Source: Vicinamibacteria bacterium
GTDB taxonomy: Bacteria > Acidobacteriota > Vicinamibacteria > Marinacidobacterales > Marinacidobacteraceae
Assembly: GCA_964291235.2 (NCBI GenBank)
Contig: OZ219815.1
Span: 608,001-672,000 of the forward strand
Direction of reading: 5' to 3'
DNA: 64,000 nucleotides
The notes beneath the pieces are model-generated. The model was given only the letters and a program-made list of their open reading frames with translations, was not told the DNA's origin and ran no database searches. This document shows positions 16,808 to 26,963 of this stretch, piece by piece; positions within the stretch are counted from its first letter, which is position 1; each line of letters starts with the position of its first letter. Position numbers and translations under genes: made by a program.

Positions 16808-18367
16808 ATGATGTCCGGATCGAATTTGCGTCGCCCGTCCGCGGCCGGAGCGGTCGCGGCTGCCGGCGGAGCGCTCCTGATCGTCGGTTTCGTCGTCACC
16901 GCGGCCGCCCAGAACAGTCCGCCTTCCAACCCGCTCTCCACTGCCCGCCAACTGGTCGAGGCAGGCCGACTCGAGGAGGCCATCCCCCACCTGGAACGGG
17001 CTCGCAGTGCCGATCCAGCAAATGCACAGGCCCTCTGGATGCTGGCGGTCGCGCGGCTCAGGCTCGGAGCCTTGCCGGAGGCCGCTTCGCTGGCCGAGGA
17101 ATTCGGACGTCTCGTTCCGGACAGCCCCACGGGTCCCCTGCTCGCGGCGAGCGCCCTCACGAGCCTCGGTCGCCTCCCCGAGGCGGCAGCCGCACTTTCC
17201 GAAGCGCTCGAGCGGGATCCGCGGCATCCCGAGGCGCGCCGCGATCTTGCCGTCCTGGTCGGCCGGCAGGGACGGATCGAAGAAGCCGTCGGCCGGTTGG
17301 AAGAACTTCGCGCCGAGTACCCGGGGAGGCCCGAAATCCTGGCTCCGCTGGGAGTGCTCTACGTGCAGCAGGGGCGCGGCGCGGACGGCCTTTCGGCCCT
17401 CACCCGGGCGGCCCAAGTCGATCCGGACTCGTTCGAGGCGCGCCATCACCTGGGAGCGCTCCTCTCGCAGCTCGGGCAGTTCGAGTCCGCGAGTGCTCAG
17501 CTCGACGCGGCTCTGGCCCTGCAACCCCGAAACCCCGGGACCCTGTTCGAGATCTGCCTGTTGCGTTCCCGCGAAGAACGCCTCGAACTGGCGAAAGAAG
17601 CCTGCGCGGAAGCGGCCGCGGCGGCTCCCTTGAATCCCGAGGCGCAATTCGCGAGCGGCGACGTGCTCCACTATCTGCAGGAAGGGGAGACCGCGGAGCG
17701 CGCCTATCGGGAAGCCATCCGGCTGGACCCGGACCACTTCCGTGCCCGTTTCCGTCTGGGGCTCCTGCTCCACGAAACCGGACGAAGCGCCGAAGCGATC
17801 CCGGTGATGACGTCTGCGGTGGACGCCGGCGAATCTCCGTCCACGCCGGAACAACGCGCCGGCGGCCTGACCACGCTGGGCCAGGCTCTCGCCGCCACCT
17901 CGGACACGACCGGCGCCGCCCGTCGGTTGGCAGAGGCCATCGCGGCGGCCCCGACCCTTCCGGAACCCCACCTCCACCTCGGGAACCTGCTCGTGCGCAG
18001 CGGTGATCCCGAGCGGGTCGCCAAAGGACGGGAACACCTGCAGCGGTTCGCCGAACTCAAACGTTTTTCGGATCGGACAAACGAGCTGAAGGCCGGCGTC
18101 AACGCGAACCCCGGGGCTCGCGAACCCAAGATGGCCCTGATCGCCCATCTCATCAGGGGCGGGGACCCGGCCCAGGCGCTTCAGGAATCGGGCCGGCTGC
18201 TCAGCCTCGCTCCCGCGGAGCCGCTCCACCATCTGATCTACGCCGAGTCCCTGGCGGCGCTCGGCCGGCTGGAGGAAGCGCGAGCCACCCTGCAGGCGGC
18301 GCTCTCCGACTGGCCGAAGAACGCTGATCTGCAGGAGGCCGCGACGCGCCTCGGCCGGAACCCGTGA
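16808..18367 (+). CDS. Secreted tetratricopeptide repeat protein
   Basis: N-terminal hydrophobic signal; repeated A...LG...G...EA...AL..DP TPR pattern. Confidence 0.85.
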   Translation: MMSGSNLRRPSAAGAVAAAGGALLIVGFVVTAAAQNSPPSNPLSTARQLVEAGRLEEAIPHLERARSADPANAQALWMLAVARLRLGALPEAASLAEEFGRLVPDSPTGPLLAASALTSLGRLPEAAAALSEALERDPRHPEARRDLAVLVGRQGRIEEAVGRLEELRAEYPGRPEILAPLGVLYVQQGRGADGLSALTRAAQVDPDSFEARHHLGALLSQLGQFESASAQLDAALALQPRNPGTLFEICLLRSREERLELAKEACAEAAAAAPLNPEAQFASGDVLHYLQEGETAERAYREAIRLDPDHFRARFRLGLLLHETGRSAEAIPVMTSAVDAGESPSTPEQRAGGLTTLGQALAATSDTTGAARRLAEAIAAAPTLPEPHLHLGNLLVRSGDPERVAKGREHLQRFAELKRFSDRTNELKAGVNANPGAREPKMALIAHLIRGGDPAQALQESGRLLSLAPAEPLHHLIYAESLAALGRLEEARATLQAALSDWPKNADLQEAATRLGRNP

Positions 18368-20064
18368 CCCCCAGCCGGCGGCGGGTCGCGGTGGCGATTC
18401 CCGCCGGGCTCGCAGTGCTGGTCTTCCTGGTGGGGCCCGCGGCGTCCGGCGGTCCCGGCCAACAGATCCAACTCGAAGATGTCACCGCGGCGAGCGGAAT
18501 CGACTACCGAAACGTGAGCGGAGAACCCGAGAAACGGTTCATCGTCTCTTCGCTCGGCGCGGGGGTGGGCCTCCTCGACTACGACCAGGACGGCGACCTC
18601 GACATCTACTTCGTCAACGGCGCGCCGCTCGAGGATCGGACGCCCGGTCCGGGGCTGCCGAACCAGCTCTTCCGCAACGAGGGGGATCTCCGCTTCACGG
18701 ATCAGACCGAGGCCGCGGGTGTTGGAGACACTGGTTGGGGCTACGGAGTCGCGGTCGCGGATTTCGACAACGACGGCTTCCCCGACCTCTACGTAACGAA
18801 TCTGGGCGAGAACGTTCTCTTCCGAAACCGGGGGGACGGCTCGTTCGAACGGCTTGCCGCGGCCGGCGGCGCGTCGCATCCCGGCTTCTCCACGTCCGCC
18901 GCCTTCCTGGACGCCGAAGGCGATGGCGACCTCGACCTGGTGGTCCTGGGCTACACCGCGGACTCCATCGACTCGCTCCCGCTGCCGGGCGCCGGGGCAA
19001 GCTGCGTCTGGTTCGGGCTGCCCGTCTTCTGCGGCCCGTCGGGGCTGATCCCCGCCCCGGACGGTTTCTTCCGGAACCGGGGAGACGGAACCTTCGAGGA
19101 CACCACGGAAGCCGCCGGGCTGGCAAGCGTGGATCCGGCATACGGACTGGGGGTGGTGACCGGGGATCTCGACGGCGACGGGGACACCGACTTCTATGTC
19201 GCAAATGACTCCGTTCCGAACCACCTGTTCATCAACGACGGCCAGGGGAGATTCAGCGAACAGGGGCTTCTCGCGGGAACCGCCTACAACGTGGATGGCC
19301 TCGCACAGGCCGGCATGGGAGTGGATGCCGGCGACTTCGACGAGGACGGCCAGCTCGATCTCTTCGTCACGAACTTCTCGCACGACACGAACACCGCCTA
19401 CCGAAACGCGGGAGGCGGCTTCTTCGAGGACAGCACCACCCGGAACGAACTCCGGATGCCGGGCTGGTTCTACCTGGGCTGGGGAACCCGGTTCATCGAT
19501 CTCGACGCCGACGGCTGGCTCGATCTGTTCGTTGCCAACGGACACGTCTATCCGGAGGCGGAGGCCGCGGGCAGCGGAACCCGCTACCCGATGCAGAACC
19601 AGCTCTTCAGGAATGGGGGGAGCGGCGCTTTCGTCGAGGAAGCGTGGGACGGCCCGGAGCGCTCGAGCCGCGGGCTGGCGGTCGGGGATCTGGACGAAGA
19701 CACGCTTCCGGACCTGGTGGTCGTGAACGTGGACGACGAAGCCGCGGTCTTCAAGAACCGGAGTGGCGGACGCGGGATCACTCTGCGACTGGTGGGCGCC
19801 GGAGCCCCCAGGGACGGGAACGGGGCGAGGGTTTCGTTCTCAACCGCGGACGGGGTACGAAGAGCCAGGGAAGTGCATCGGAGCGGGAGTTTCCTGTCGT
19901 CGAACGACCCACGGGTGCACTTGGGCGCCGGAAACGGAGAGGAGGTCTTCGACGTGGTGGTTCGCTGGCCGGGCGGCGAGGCGGAACGCCTCCGCGACCT
20001 CCCCGCGGCGGGTCGGTTGATCGTCGTCCGCGAAGGCGCCGGAGTGGTCGAAGGCAGCCGTTAA
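18364..20064 (+). CDS. CRTAC1-family protein (FG-GAP repeats, ASPIC/UnbV domain)
   Basis: Repeated DYDQDGDLD, DFDNDGFPD and DLDGDGDTD motifs; C-terminal SFLSSNDPRVHLG...VRWPGG. Confidence 0.92.
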   Translation: MTPSRRRVAVAIPAGLAVLVFLVGPAASGGPGQQIQLEDVTAASGIDYRNVSGEPEKRFIVSSLGAGVGLLDYDQDGDLDIYFVNGAPLEDRTPGPGLPNQLFRNEGDLRFTDQTEAAGVGDTGWGYGVAVADFDNDGFPDLYVTNLGENVLFRNRGDGSFERLAAAGGASHPGFSTSAAFLDAEGDGDLDLVVLGYTADSIDSLPLPGAGASCVWFGLPVFCGPSGLIPAPDGFFRNRGDGTFEDTTEAAGLASVDPAYGLGVVTGDLDGDGDTDFYVANDSVPNHLFINDGQGRFSEQGLLAGTAYNVDGLAQAGMGVDAGDFDEDGQLDLFVTNFSHDTNTAYRNAGGGFFEDSTTRNELRMPGWFYLGWGTRFIDLDADGWLDLFVANGHVYPEAEAAGSGTRYPMQNQLFRNGGSGAFVEEAWDGPERSSRGLAVGDLDEDTLPDLVVVNVDDEAAVFKNRSGGRGITLRLVGAGAPRDGNGARVSFSTADGVRRAREVHRSGSFLSSNDPRVHLGAGNGEEVFDVVVRWPGGEAERLRDLPAAGRLIVVREGAGVVEGSR

Positions 20065-20819
20065 CCGGACTCCGGAGGGTTCCACCACTCCCGCCAGCGG
20101 ACGGGCGGACGGCCGCGCCGCCGCCACAAACGGATCAGGTTGCGATGGCCGGCGATGACCGAGCGGGGACGGAAGTACTGGCTCTCCCCTGCCCGGCGCT
20201 CGTGATGGCTCACCTCGACCTCCGCGAACCGGACACCGCGGTCGCCAAGGGCCGCAAGAAACTCCACGACCGCGGTTCCGTCGTCGAAGCTCATCAGCCG
20301 ATCGGGACCGAGGTCCCGCCGGAAGAGTCGAAAATCGCAGTCCCAGTCCTTGAGATCGGGAAGTCCGAACGTCCTCGCGATCACCTGGTGGAAGCGCGGG
20401 CCCAGAAGTCGCCGCAGCGGTCCGTCGGCGCGGCTTCGGCGGAAGCCGTTCACGAACTGGACGTCCGCGGTTGCGGCATCGAGCAGTTCGGTGAGTTCGA
20501 AGGGATCGAACTGCCCGTCGCCGTCGGTATAGACGACGAGGGGAAACCGGGCGGCGGCGAAGAGGTCCCGCAGCGTGGCGCCGTAACCCTGGTTCTCCTC
20601 GTGGGCGAGCGTTCTGACCTGGGGGATTTCGCGGGCCAGGCGTGCGAGGACCGCGGCGGTCTGGTCGGTGCTTCCGTCGTTCAGGATGAGGATCTCGAAC
20701 TCCCGGCCAGTCGAGCGAAGCGCCGCTTCGGCGCGCCGGGCCACCCACGCGATGGCGCCCTCGTCGTTGAAGGCAGGAAAGCAGGCGCTGACCCCTGCTC
20801 CCCGGTTCTTCTCGTCCAC
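20061..20819 (-). CDS. Glycosyltransferase family 2 (DPM1-like)
   Basis: PAFNDE, NDGSTD, NQGYG, YTDGDGQFDP, HHERRAGES; start uncertain. Confidence 0.88.
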   Translation of the reverse strand: MDEKNRGAGVSACFPAFNDEGAIAWVARRAEAALRSTGREFEILILNDGSTDQTAAVLARLAREIPQVRTLAHEENQGYGATLRDLFAAARFPLVVYTDGDGQFDPFELTELLDAATADVQFVNGFRRSRADGPLRRLLGPRFHQVIARTFGLPDLKDWDCDFRLFRRDLGPDRLMSFDDGTAVVEFLAALGDRGVRFAEVEVSHHERRAGESQYFRPRSVIAGHRNLIRLWRRRGRPPVRWREWWNPPESG

Positions 20820-20881
20820 GGGCTGCTCTTTTTTCACCGGCTGCTTTCTCACCGAGTCGGCGAAGATAGACCACGAATCCC

Positions 20882-21610
20882 GTGGAACGACTCGCACTGC
20901 ACCGGTTTGCCTCGCCCTGGCTGCGGCACCAGCACGTGGCCCGCTACCGCTGGGCCGCGAACCTGGCGGCGGGGAGACGGATCCTGGACCTGGCGTCGGG
21001 GGCGGGATACGGGTCCGCGCTGCTCGGGGAAGGAGGGGCCCGGTCCGTGGTGTCCGCCGATCGCGCCGGGGAGGCGTTCGCGGAGGCGGCGCTGCCCGGT
21101 TCCGGGGCGGGGAACCTCCGCGGAGTCATTACCGACGCCTCGCGGCTTCCTTTCGCGGACGGCAGCTTCGATCTCTACGTTTCTTTCGAAACCATCGAGC
21201 ACGTCGAAGACGACAAGGCGGTCGTCGCGGAGGCGCGGCGGGTGCTCGCTCCGGGAGGAGTCTTCCTCTGCTCGACCCCGGAGCGGGAGGTCATCAGCCC
21301 GGGGCGAACGCTCGCCGACCGTCCCGACAATCCGTACCACGTCCGGGAATACGCGCGGAGTGAGTTCGCGGCGCTGCTCGGGACCGGCTTCGATCGCGTG
21401 GAGTGGTACGGCCAGACGCCCGCCAGCCAGGGACACAAACGGCGGCTCACGCAGTTCGCCGCGCTCTCGCCGCTCCTCGCGCGCCGACTCCATCAGGTCC
21501 GCAACATCGTCCGCCTGCCCGCCGAGGGCGAAGCGCGCCACGCCCCCTACCCGCTCGCGGGCGCCCGCGGCTGGCCGGAAGTGCTGATCGCCGTCTGCGG
21601 GCCGGTCTGA
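20882..21610 (+). CDS. Class I SAM-dependent methyltransferase
   Basis: HVARY, ILDLASGAGYG, SFETIEHV, NPYHVREY. Confidence 0.9.
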   Translation: MERLALHRFASPWLRHQHVARYRWAANLAAGRRILDLASGAGYGSALLGEGGARSVVSADRAGEAFAEAALPGSGAGNLRGVITDASRLPFADGSFDLYVSFETIEHVEDDKAVVAEARRVLAPGGVFLCSTPEREVISPGRTLADRPDNPYHVREYARSEFAALLGTGFDRVEWYGQTPASQGHKRRLTQFAALSPLLARRLHQVRNIVRLPAEGEARHAPYPLAGARGWPEVLIAVCGPV

Positions 21611-21618
21611 CGAAACGG

Positions 21619-22308
21619 CTAACGGGAAACGACCGTCGCCGACTCGACGACGATGGGCGTCTCGGGTACGTCGTTGGCCCCGGCGCGGCTCACCACCCGG
21701 GCAGCCTCGATCTGATCCACGGCGTCCATCCCCGAAATCACCTTGCCGAACACCGCGTAGCCCCATCCCCGCGGGTCGGGCGACGTGTGATCGAGCATCG
21801 CGTTGTCCTTGGTGTTGATGAAGAACTGCGAGGTCGCGCTGTGCGGATCCATGGTTCGCGCCATCGAGAGCGTTCCCCTCAGGTTCAGGAGACCGTTTCG
21901 GGCCTCGTTCTCGATGGGGGCGCGGGTCTCTTTCTCTTGCATGTCGGCGGTGAAGCCGCCGCCCTGAATCACGAAACCGCGCACCACCCGATGGAAAATG
22001 GTGCCGTCGTAGAAGCCATCCTCCACGTACTGGAGGAAGTTCTGGACGGTTAGCGGCGCTTCGTCGGGGTACAGCTCGATGGTCAAGTCGCCGGCGGTCG
22101 TGCGCATCAGCACCGCCGACGGGCCGGGCGTGGGCAGATCGGCTGCGGTTTCGGTTGAAGGTGTGGTGGGTTCCATAGGGGTCGTTTCGGCGGTGGATTC
22201 GGATGCGGGCGAAACCGCCTCGCCGCCGCCTCCGCAGGCGGGGAGCCAGAGGGCGAGCAGTAGTACCGCCCCGTGATTCGGGACGCGGGAGATTCCAGGG
22301 AGTGTCAT
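21619..22308 (-). CDS. Cyclophilin-type peptidyl-prolyl isomerase, lipoprotein
   Basis: FYDGTIFHRVVRGFVIQGGG, SMART, SATSQFFIN, YAVFGKV; lipobox LPA-C and a Pro/Thr linker. Confidence 0.93.
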   Translation of the reverse strand: MTLPGISRVPNHGAVLLLALWLPACGGGGEAVSPASESTAETTPMEPTTPSTETAADLPTPGPSAVLMRTTAGDLTIELYPDEAPLTVQNFLQYVEDGFYDGTIFHRVVRGFVIQGGGFTADMQEKETRAPIENEARNGLLNLRGTLSMARTMDPHSATSQFFINTKDNAMLDHTSPDPRGWGYAVFGKVISGMDAVDQIEAARVVSRAGANDVPETPIVVESATVVSR

Positions 22309-22342
22309 GTCGGTTTGCCTGCGGAAAAAGGGAGCCGCTCGC

Positions 22343-22873
22343 TCAGGACGCCATCGCGAGCCGGGCCGGGCATTCAAGGGAGAGCAGCCAGCGTTTGGCG
22401 TCGAGCCCGCCGCCGTATCCGGTGAGTTTCTTCGAGGCGCCCACGATCCGGTGACAGGGGATGACCAGCGGCAGGGGATTCCCGCCGTTCGCGGCGCCGA
22501 CCGCCCGGCAGGCCGCCGGGTTGCCGACCGCGCGGGCGATGTTCTGGTAGCTGGCGCGGGCGCCGTACGGCACGCTCGCCACCGCATCCAGAACGGCGCG
22601 CTGGAAGGGCGTGCCGGTCCGGTGGAGCGGGAACGTGAACTCACGGCGCTCCCCCGCCAGGTAATCCCGAATCTGGCGCGCATAGTCATCGTGCTCCCCG
22701 GGCGAGGCCGGAATCGCCGATCGGACGTTCCTCGTGCGCCAGGCGGCGGAAGCTCGGGAACGGCGCTCATCGCAGAACAGGATGCCGGCAAGACCCTGAT
22801 CCGTCGCGAGCAGCTCCAGCCTTCCGATCTCGGGGATTCCGGTCTCCATGAAGGAGGAGCGGCAGGTCAGCAT
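22343..22873 (-). CDS. ogt: Methylated-DNA--protein-cysteine S-methyltransferase
   Basis: GTPFQ, RAVGAANGGNP, active site PCHRIV, LTGYGGGL. Confidence 0.92.
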   Translation of the reverse strand: MLTCRSSFMETGIPEIGRLELLATDQGLAGILFCDERRSRASAAWRTRNVRSAIPASPGEHDDYARQIRDYLAGERREFTFPLHRTGTPFQRAVLDAVASVPYGARASYQNIARAVGNPAACRAVGAANGGNPLPLVIPCHRIVGASKKLTGYGGGLDAKRWLLSLECPARLAMAS

Positions 22874-22950
22874 CGGCGCGGATTCTACCCGTCGGGAAGG
22901 CACGCGGAGCGGCTTCCGCGTGGGGTAGGCTCGCCCCGCTCCCGCGTCTC

Positions 22951-23607
22951 ATGCCCGCCGTCTCCGCTGTGCTCTTCGACTGGGATGGCACCTTGGCGGA
23001 CAGTTTCGCCACCACCCGCTATGCGTCGCTCTCGGTTTTCGGGCACTTTGGGATCCCGATGGACGAAGCGCGGTACCAGGCCACCTACCGGCCCGACTGG
23101 CACGAGACGTACCGACAGCTCGGAATTCCCGAGGCCCGCTGGGACGAGGCGGGAACCATCTGGCGGGAGAAGTACATCGAGCGGAGCCACGCGGTGAGCC
23201 TGTTCCCGGATGTCCTCGGCACGCTCAACGCGCTCGCCGACCGGAACCTGCGGCTTGGGGTGGTTACGAGCGCCGATCGGCGGCGATTTCTGGAGGACCT
23301 CGACCGGCTTGCACTGGCGGATCGCTTCGAGGCTCTTGTGGCCTTCGAGGACACCCGGAACAAGAAACCCCATCCCGAAGCGCTGCTGCTCGCCCTTTCC
23401 CGCCTTGGGGTTCGGTCGCGAGACGCGCTCTACGTGGGGGACCGGCCGGAAGACATCGCCATGGGGAAGCGGGCCGGCGCCCTCACTGCCGCCGTCGTGA
23501 GCAGTTTCAGCAATGAGGAAATGCTCCGGTCGGCAGCGCCCGACATCCTGCTGCCGGCGATCGGAGACCTTCCCGGCGCGCTCCCGCGAACGGCTCCGCG
23601 ACCATGA
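22951..23607 (+). CDS. HAD-family hydrolase (phosphoglycolate-phosphatase-like)
   Basis: LFDWDGTLADS, VVTS, KPHPE, YVGDRPED. Confidence 0.9.
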   Translation: MPAVSAVLFDWDGTLADSFATTRYASLSVFGHFGIPMDEARYQATYRPDWHETYRQLGIPEARWDEAGTIWREKYIERSHAVSLFPDVLGTLNALADRNLRLGVVTSADRRRFLEDLDRLALADRFEALVAFEDTRNKKPHPEALLLALSRLGVRSRDALYVGDRPEDIAMGKRAGALTAAVVSSFSNEEMLRSAAPDILLPAIGDLPGALPRTAPRP

Positions 23608-24932
23608 TCCGGTCCGCCGAGCGGCCGACCCGGCTACCCAGGTACCCGGCGAGCGCCGTCTTCTACCGGGATCTTGAGCGCACCTACCGGATCGCCGCGC
23701 GCGCCGAGGGCGCCTGGATCGAGGCGGAAGACGGCGCCCGCTGGCTGGATGCCTGCGGCGGGGCGCTCACGATCAGCATCGGGCACGGCCGGAGCGACGT
23801 CGTCCGCGCCGCGACCCGCCAACTCGAATCGGCCGCGTACGTGCACGGAGCGCAGTTCACCACGGAAGCCATGGAGGAGGCGGCAGCCGCGCTGGTGGCG
23901 GCCCTGCCCCCGGCCTATCGCGACGCCAAGGTGTACCTGACCCCGGGCGGGGCCGAGGCGGTCGAGACGGCCCTGAAGCTGGCCCGCGCTCACGCGATCG
24001 CGGCCGGCCATCCGGAACGGAGCCGCATCGTCTCCCAGCGACCCGGCTATCACGGCAACACGCTCGGAGCGCTCGCGGTCTCGGGGAGGGATGCCCTGCG
24101 GGCCCCCTACCTTCCGCTCCTCGCCGAAATGCCGCTGGTATCCGCGCCCTGGTGCCCGCGCTGCCCCCTGAAACTCCGCTATCCCGAGTGCGGGGTCGCC
24201 TGCGCCGGGGAAATAGACCAGGCACTTGCGAGAGAGGACCCGAGCGTTGCGGCCGTCCTCGTGGAGCCGGTGCTCGGCGCGTCCGCGGGCGGGTTCGCGC
24301 CGCCCGAGGACTACCTGCGGTCGGTCCGCCGCACCACCACCGAACGGGGCGTTCTCCTCATCGCGGACGAGGTGCTCACCGGCTGCGGCCGAACGGGGCG
24401 CTTCCTCGCTTCGGAGCACGCCGGCGTGGACGCGGACATCCTGGTGCTCGGCAAGGGGTTGACATCGGGCTACCTCCCCGGAGGAGCGGTGGTTGCGAAA
24501 AGAGAAGTCGTCGAGGCGGTCGCGCCCGATTTCCGGCATGGGTTCACCTTCTCGCACCATCCCGTGGTGGCCGCCGTCGTTCGCGAAGTGCTCCGGGTGA
24601 TCCGCGACGAAGGTCTGGTCGCGCGTGCGGCCGCGCTGGAATCGGATGTCCGGGCGGCACTCCAACCCCTCACCGGAGCACCGGCGGTGGAGGGCTGGTG
24701 GGTCCGCGGGCTGCTCGCCGGAATCGCGCTCCAGCCGGCACGCGCCGGAGGGGTCTCGGCCCGGCAGTTCGCGGCAGCCGCGTGGGAGCGTGGCTTGCTC
24801 GTGTACCCGGTCGGCGGACCGGAGGGACAGGGGGACCTGGTCGTGCTCGCTCCTCCACTCACGGTCAGCAGTGAGGAAATCAGTGAGATCGGAAGCCGCC
24901 TCCGTTCAGCGTTCAACGAGTTTTCCGCGTGA
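23604..24932 (+). CDS. Class III PLP-dependent aminotransferase
   Basis: GGAEAVETALK, YHGNT, LIADEVLTGCGRTG, LGKGLTSGY, HGFTF. Confidence 0.93.
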   Translation: MIRSAERPTRLPRYPASAVFYRDLERTYRIAARAEGAWIEAEDGARWLDACGGALTISIGHGRSDVVRAATRQLESAAYVHGAQFTTEAMEEAAAALVAALPPAYRDAKVYLTPGGAEAVETALKLARAHAIAAGHPERSRIVSQRPGYHGNTLGALAVSGRDALRAPYLPLLAEMPLVSAPWCPRCPLKLRYPECGVACAGEIDQALAREDPSVAAVLVEPVLGASAGGFAPPEDYLRSVRRTTTERGVLLIADEVLTGCGRTGRFLASEHAGVDADILVLGKGLTSGYLPGGAVVAKREVVEAVAPDFRHGFTFSHHPVVAAVVREVLRVIRDEGLVARAAALESDVRAALQPLTGAPAVEGWWVRGLLAGIALQPARAGGVSARQFAAAAWERGLLVYPVGGPEGQGDLVVLAPPLTVSSEEISEIGSRLRSAFNEFSA

Positions 24933-25936
24933 CCGACAGACCCCTTCGCGACCGGGTGGCCGTGGTGGCTGGCGCCACCCGCGGCGCCGGACGGGGGATC
25001 GCAAGGATGCTCGGCGCCGCGGGCGCCACCGTCTATTGCACCGGTCGCAGCGTGCGCGGCAATCCAGCCACCGCCGGACGGTCGGAGACGATCGAGGAGA
25101 CCGCGGAGCTGGTCACCGCCGAGGGCGGGCGCGGGATCGCAGCCCAGACGGATCACACCGTGGAGCCGGAGGTTGAGGCGCTCTTCGCGCGTGTCCGTTC
25201 GGACCACGGCCGGCTCGACGTGCTGGTGAACGACATCTGGGGCGGTGACGCGCTCACCGAGTGGGGGAAACCCTTTTGGGAACTCTCGACCGCGCAGGGC
25301 CAGGCGCTGCTCGAGCGGGCCGTTCAGACCCACCTCATCACCAGCCGGCACGGGGCGCCGCTCATGGTCGAGCGCGACGCCGGCCTCATCGTCGAGGTGA
25401 CCGACGGCGACACCATGGGGTATCGCGGCAATCTCTTCTATGACCTGGCCAAGAACGCGGTCATCCGGCTCGCCCTCGGCATGGCCGCCGATCTGCACGC
25501 CCATCGGATCACGGCGCTCGCGATCACTCCCGGGTTTCTGCGCTCGGAAGCCGTCCTCGACCACTTCGGGGTGACGGAGGCGAACTGGCGGGACGCGATC
25601 GACAAGGATCTCTATTTCGTCGAATCCGAGACTCCGTGTTTCGTGGGCCGCGCGATCGCGGCGCTCGCCGCCGATCCGAGGGTCCGGGAGAAGAACGGTG
25701 GTCTGTTCTCGAGCTGGGGGCTGGCGCGGGAGTACGGGTTCACGGACGTTGACGGCCGTCAGCCTCACTGGGGGGAGTTCTTCCTCGGGCAGGTGCGCCG
25801 CATCGTCGAACAGGAAACCCCGCCGGACGAGATGGACCGCTTCGTGGTGCAGACCCGGCTGTGGCAAACGGAACGCGACCCGGCAACAGCCTCGGAGGCG
25901 GAGCGGTTGCGCGCGTGGCTCCGGCTGTACGGATAG
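24929..25936 (+). CDS. SDR-family oxidoreductase (DHRS1-like)
   Basis: VAGATRGAGRG, LVNDIWGG, YDLAK, TPGFLRSE. Confidence 0.9.
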   Translation: MTDRPLRDRVAVVAGATRGAGRGIARMLGAAGATVYCTGRSVRGNPATAGRSETIEETAELVTAEGGRGIAAQTDHTVEPEVEALFARVRSDHGRLDVLVNDIWGGDALTEWGKPFWELSTAQGQALLERAVQTHLITSRHGAPLMVERDAGLIVEVTDGDTMGYRGNLFYDLAKNAVIRLALGMAADLHAHRITALAITPGFLRSEAVLDHFGVTEANWRDAIDKDLYFVESETPCFVGRAIAALAADPRVREKNGGLFSSWGLAREYGFTDVDGRQPHWGEFFLGQVRRIVEQETPPDEMDRFVVQTRLWQTERDPATASEAERLRAWLRLYG

Positions 25937-26066
25937 CGGCGGACGGCGCCCCGCCATGCCGCCTCACGGTAGAGACCGCCTCAGCGACCCGCGGGAAACA
26001 ACGAAGACCTGGACTGATAATCCCTCCCAGAGACGTCCCGATCTGTCCGAGTCCAAAGTCCTCACC

Positions 26067-26963
26067 ATGCGCGAAGCGGTGGCCCGCTTCGTCCGCGACG
26101 GGGACACCGTCGTCATGGAGGGGTTCACGCACCTGATCCCGTTTGCGGCGGGACACGAGCTCATCCGCCAGCAGCGCCGGGATCTCACTCTCGTCCGGCT
26201 CACGCCGGACCTCCTAATGGACCAGATGGTTGCCGCGGGAACGGCCCGCAAGCTGGTCTTCGGCTGGCTCGGAAACCCCGGCGTCGGCTCGCTCCACGCG
26301 ATCCGGCGGGCAGTCGAGCGCGGCTACCCGGCACCGCTGGCAATCGAGGAGTACTCCCACTTCGGGCTGCTCTGCCGGTACAAGGCCGCGGCCTCCGGAC
26401 TTCCCTTCTTGCCGCTCCGCGGCTACCGGGGTACCGACCTGCCGTCAGCCAATCCGAACCTCAAGCAGGTCACCTGCCCGTTCACGGGCGAAACCCTCGA
26501 CGCCGTCTCCGCGCTGCACCCCGACGTCGCCATCCTGAACGCACAGCGCGCCGATGCCGAGGGCAATACCCAGATCTGGGGCCTGGTCGGCGCGCAGCGC
26601 GAAGCTGCCTTCGCCTCCCGGCGCGTGATCGTGGTGGTGGAGGAGGTCGTCCCGGAAGAGGTGGTCCGCGCCGATCCGAACCGGACGCAGATTCCCTCGG
26701 TTGTGGTGGACGCCGTCGTGGAGGAGCCGTGGAGCGCCCATCCGAGTTTCGCCCAGGGCTACTACGACCGCGACAACGCCGCCTACGTTGCGTGGGACCG
26801 GGTCACCCGCGACCCGGCGGAGCTCGATCGGTATCTGGGCGAATGGGTTCACGGCCTGCCGGATCGCGGCGCGTATCTCGAGCGGCTGGGTGAGGCAACC
26901 ATGGGCCGCCTGCGGCCGGGCTCCCGGCTCGCCGGCCCGGTGGACTACGGGGACTACCGGTGA
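26067..26963 (+). CDS. CoA-transferase subunit A (glutaconate CoA-transferase type)
   Basis: MEGFTHLIPFAAGHELIRQ, GNPGVGSL, EEYSH; the start may lie slightly upstream. Confidence 0.9.
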   Translation: MREAVARFVRDGDTVVMEGFTHLIPFAAGHELIRQQRRDLTLVRLTPDLLMDQMVAAGTARKLVFGWLGNPGVGSLHAIRRAVERGYPAPLAIEEYSHFGLLCRYKAAASGLPFLPLRGYRGTDLPSANPNLKQVTCPFTGETLDAVSALHPDVAILNAQRADAEGNTQIWGLVGAQREAAFASRRVIVVVEEVVPEEVVRADPNRTQIPSVVVDAVVEEPWSAHPSFAQGYYDRDNAAYVAWDRVTRDPAELDRYLGEWVHGLPDRGAYLERLGEATMGRLRPGSRLAGPVDYGDYR

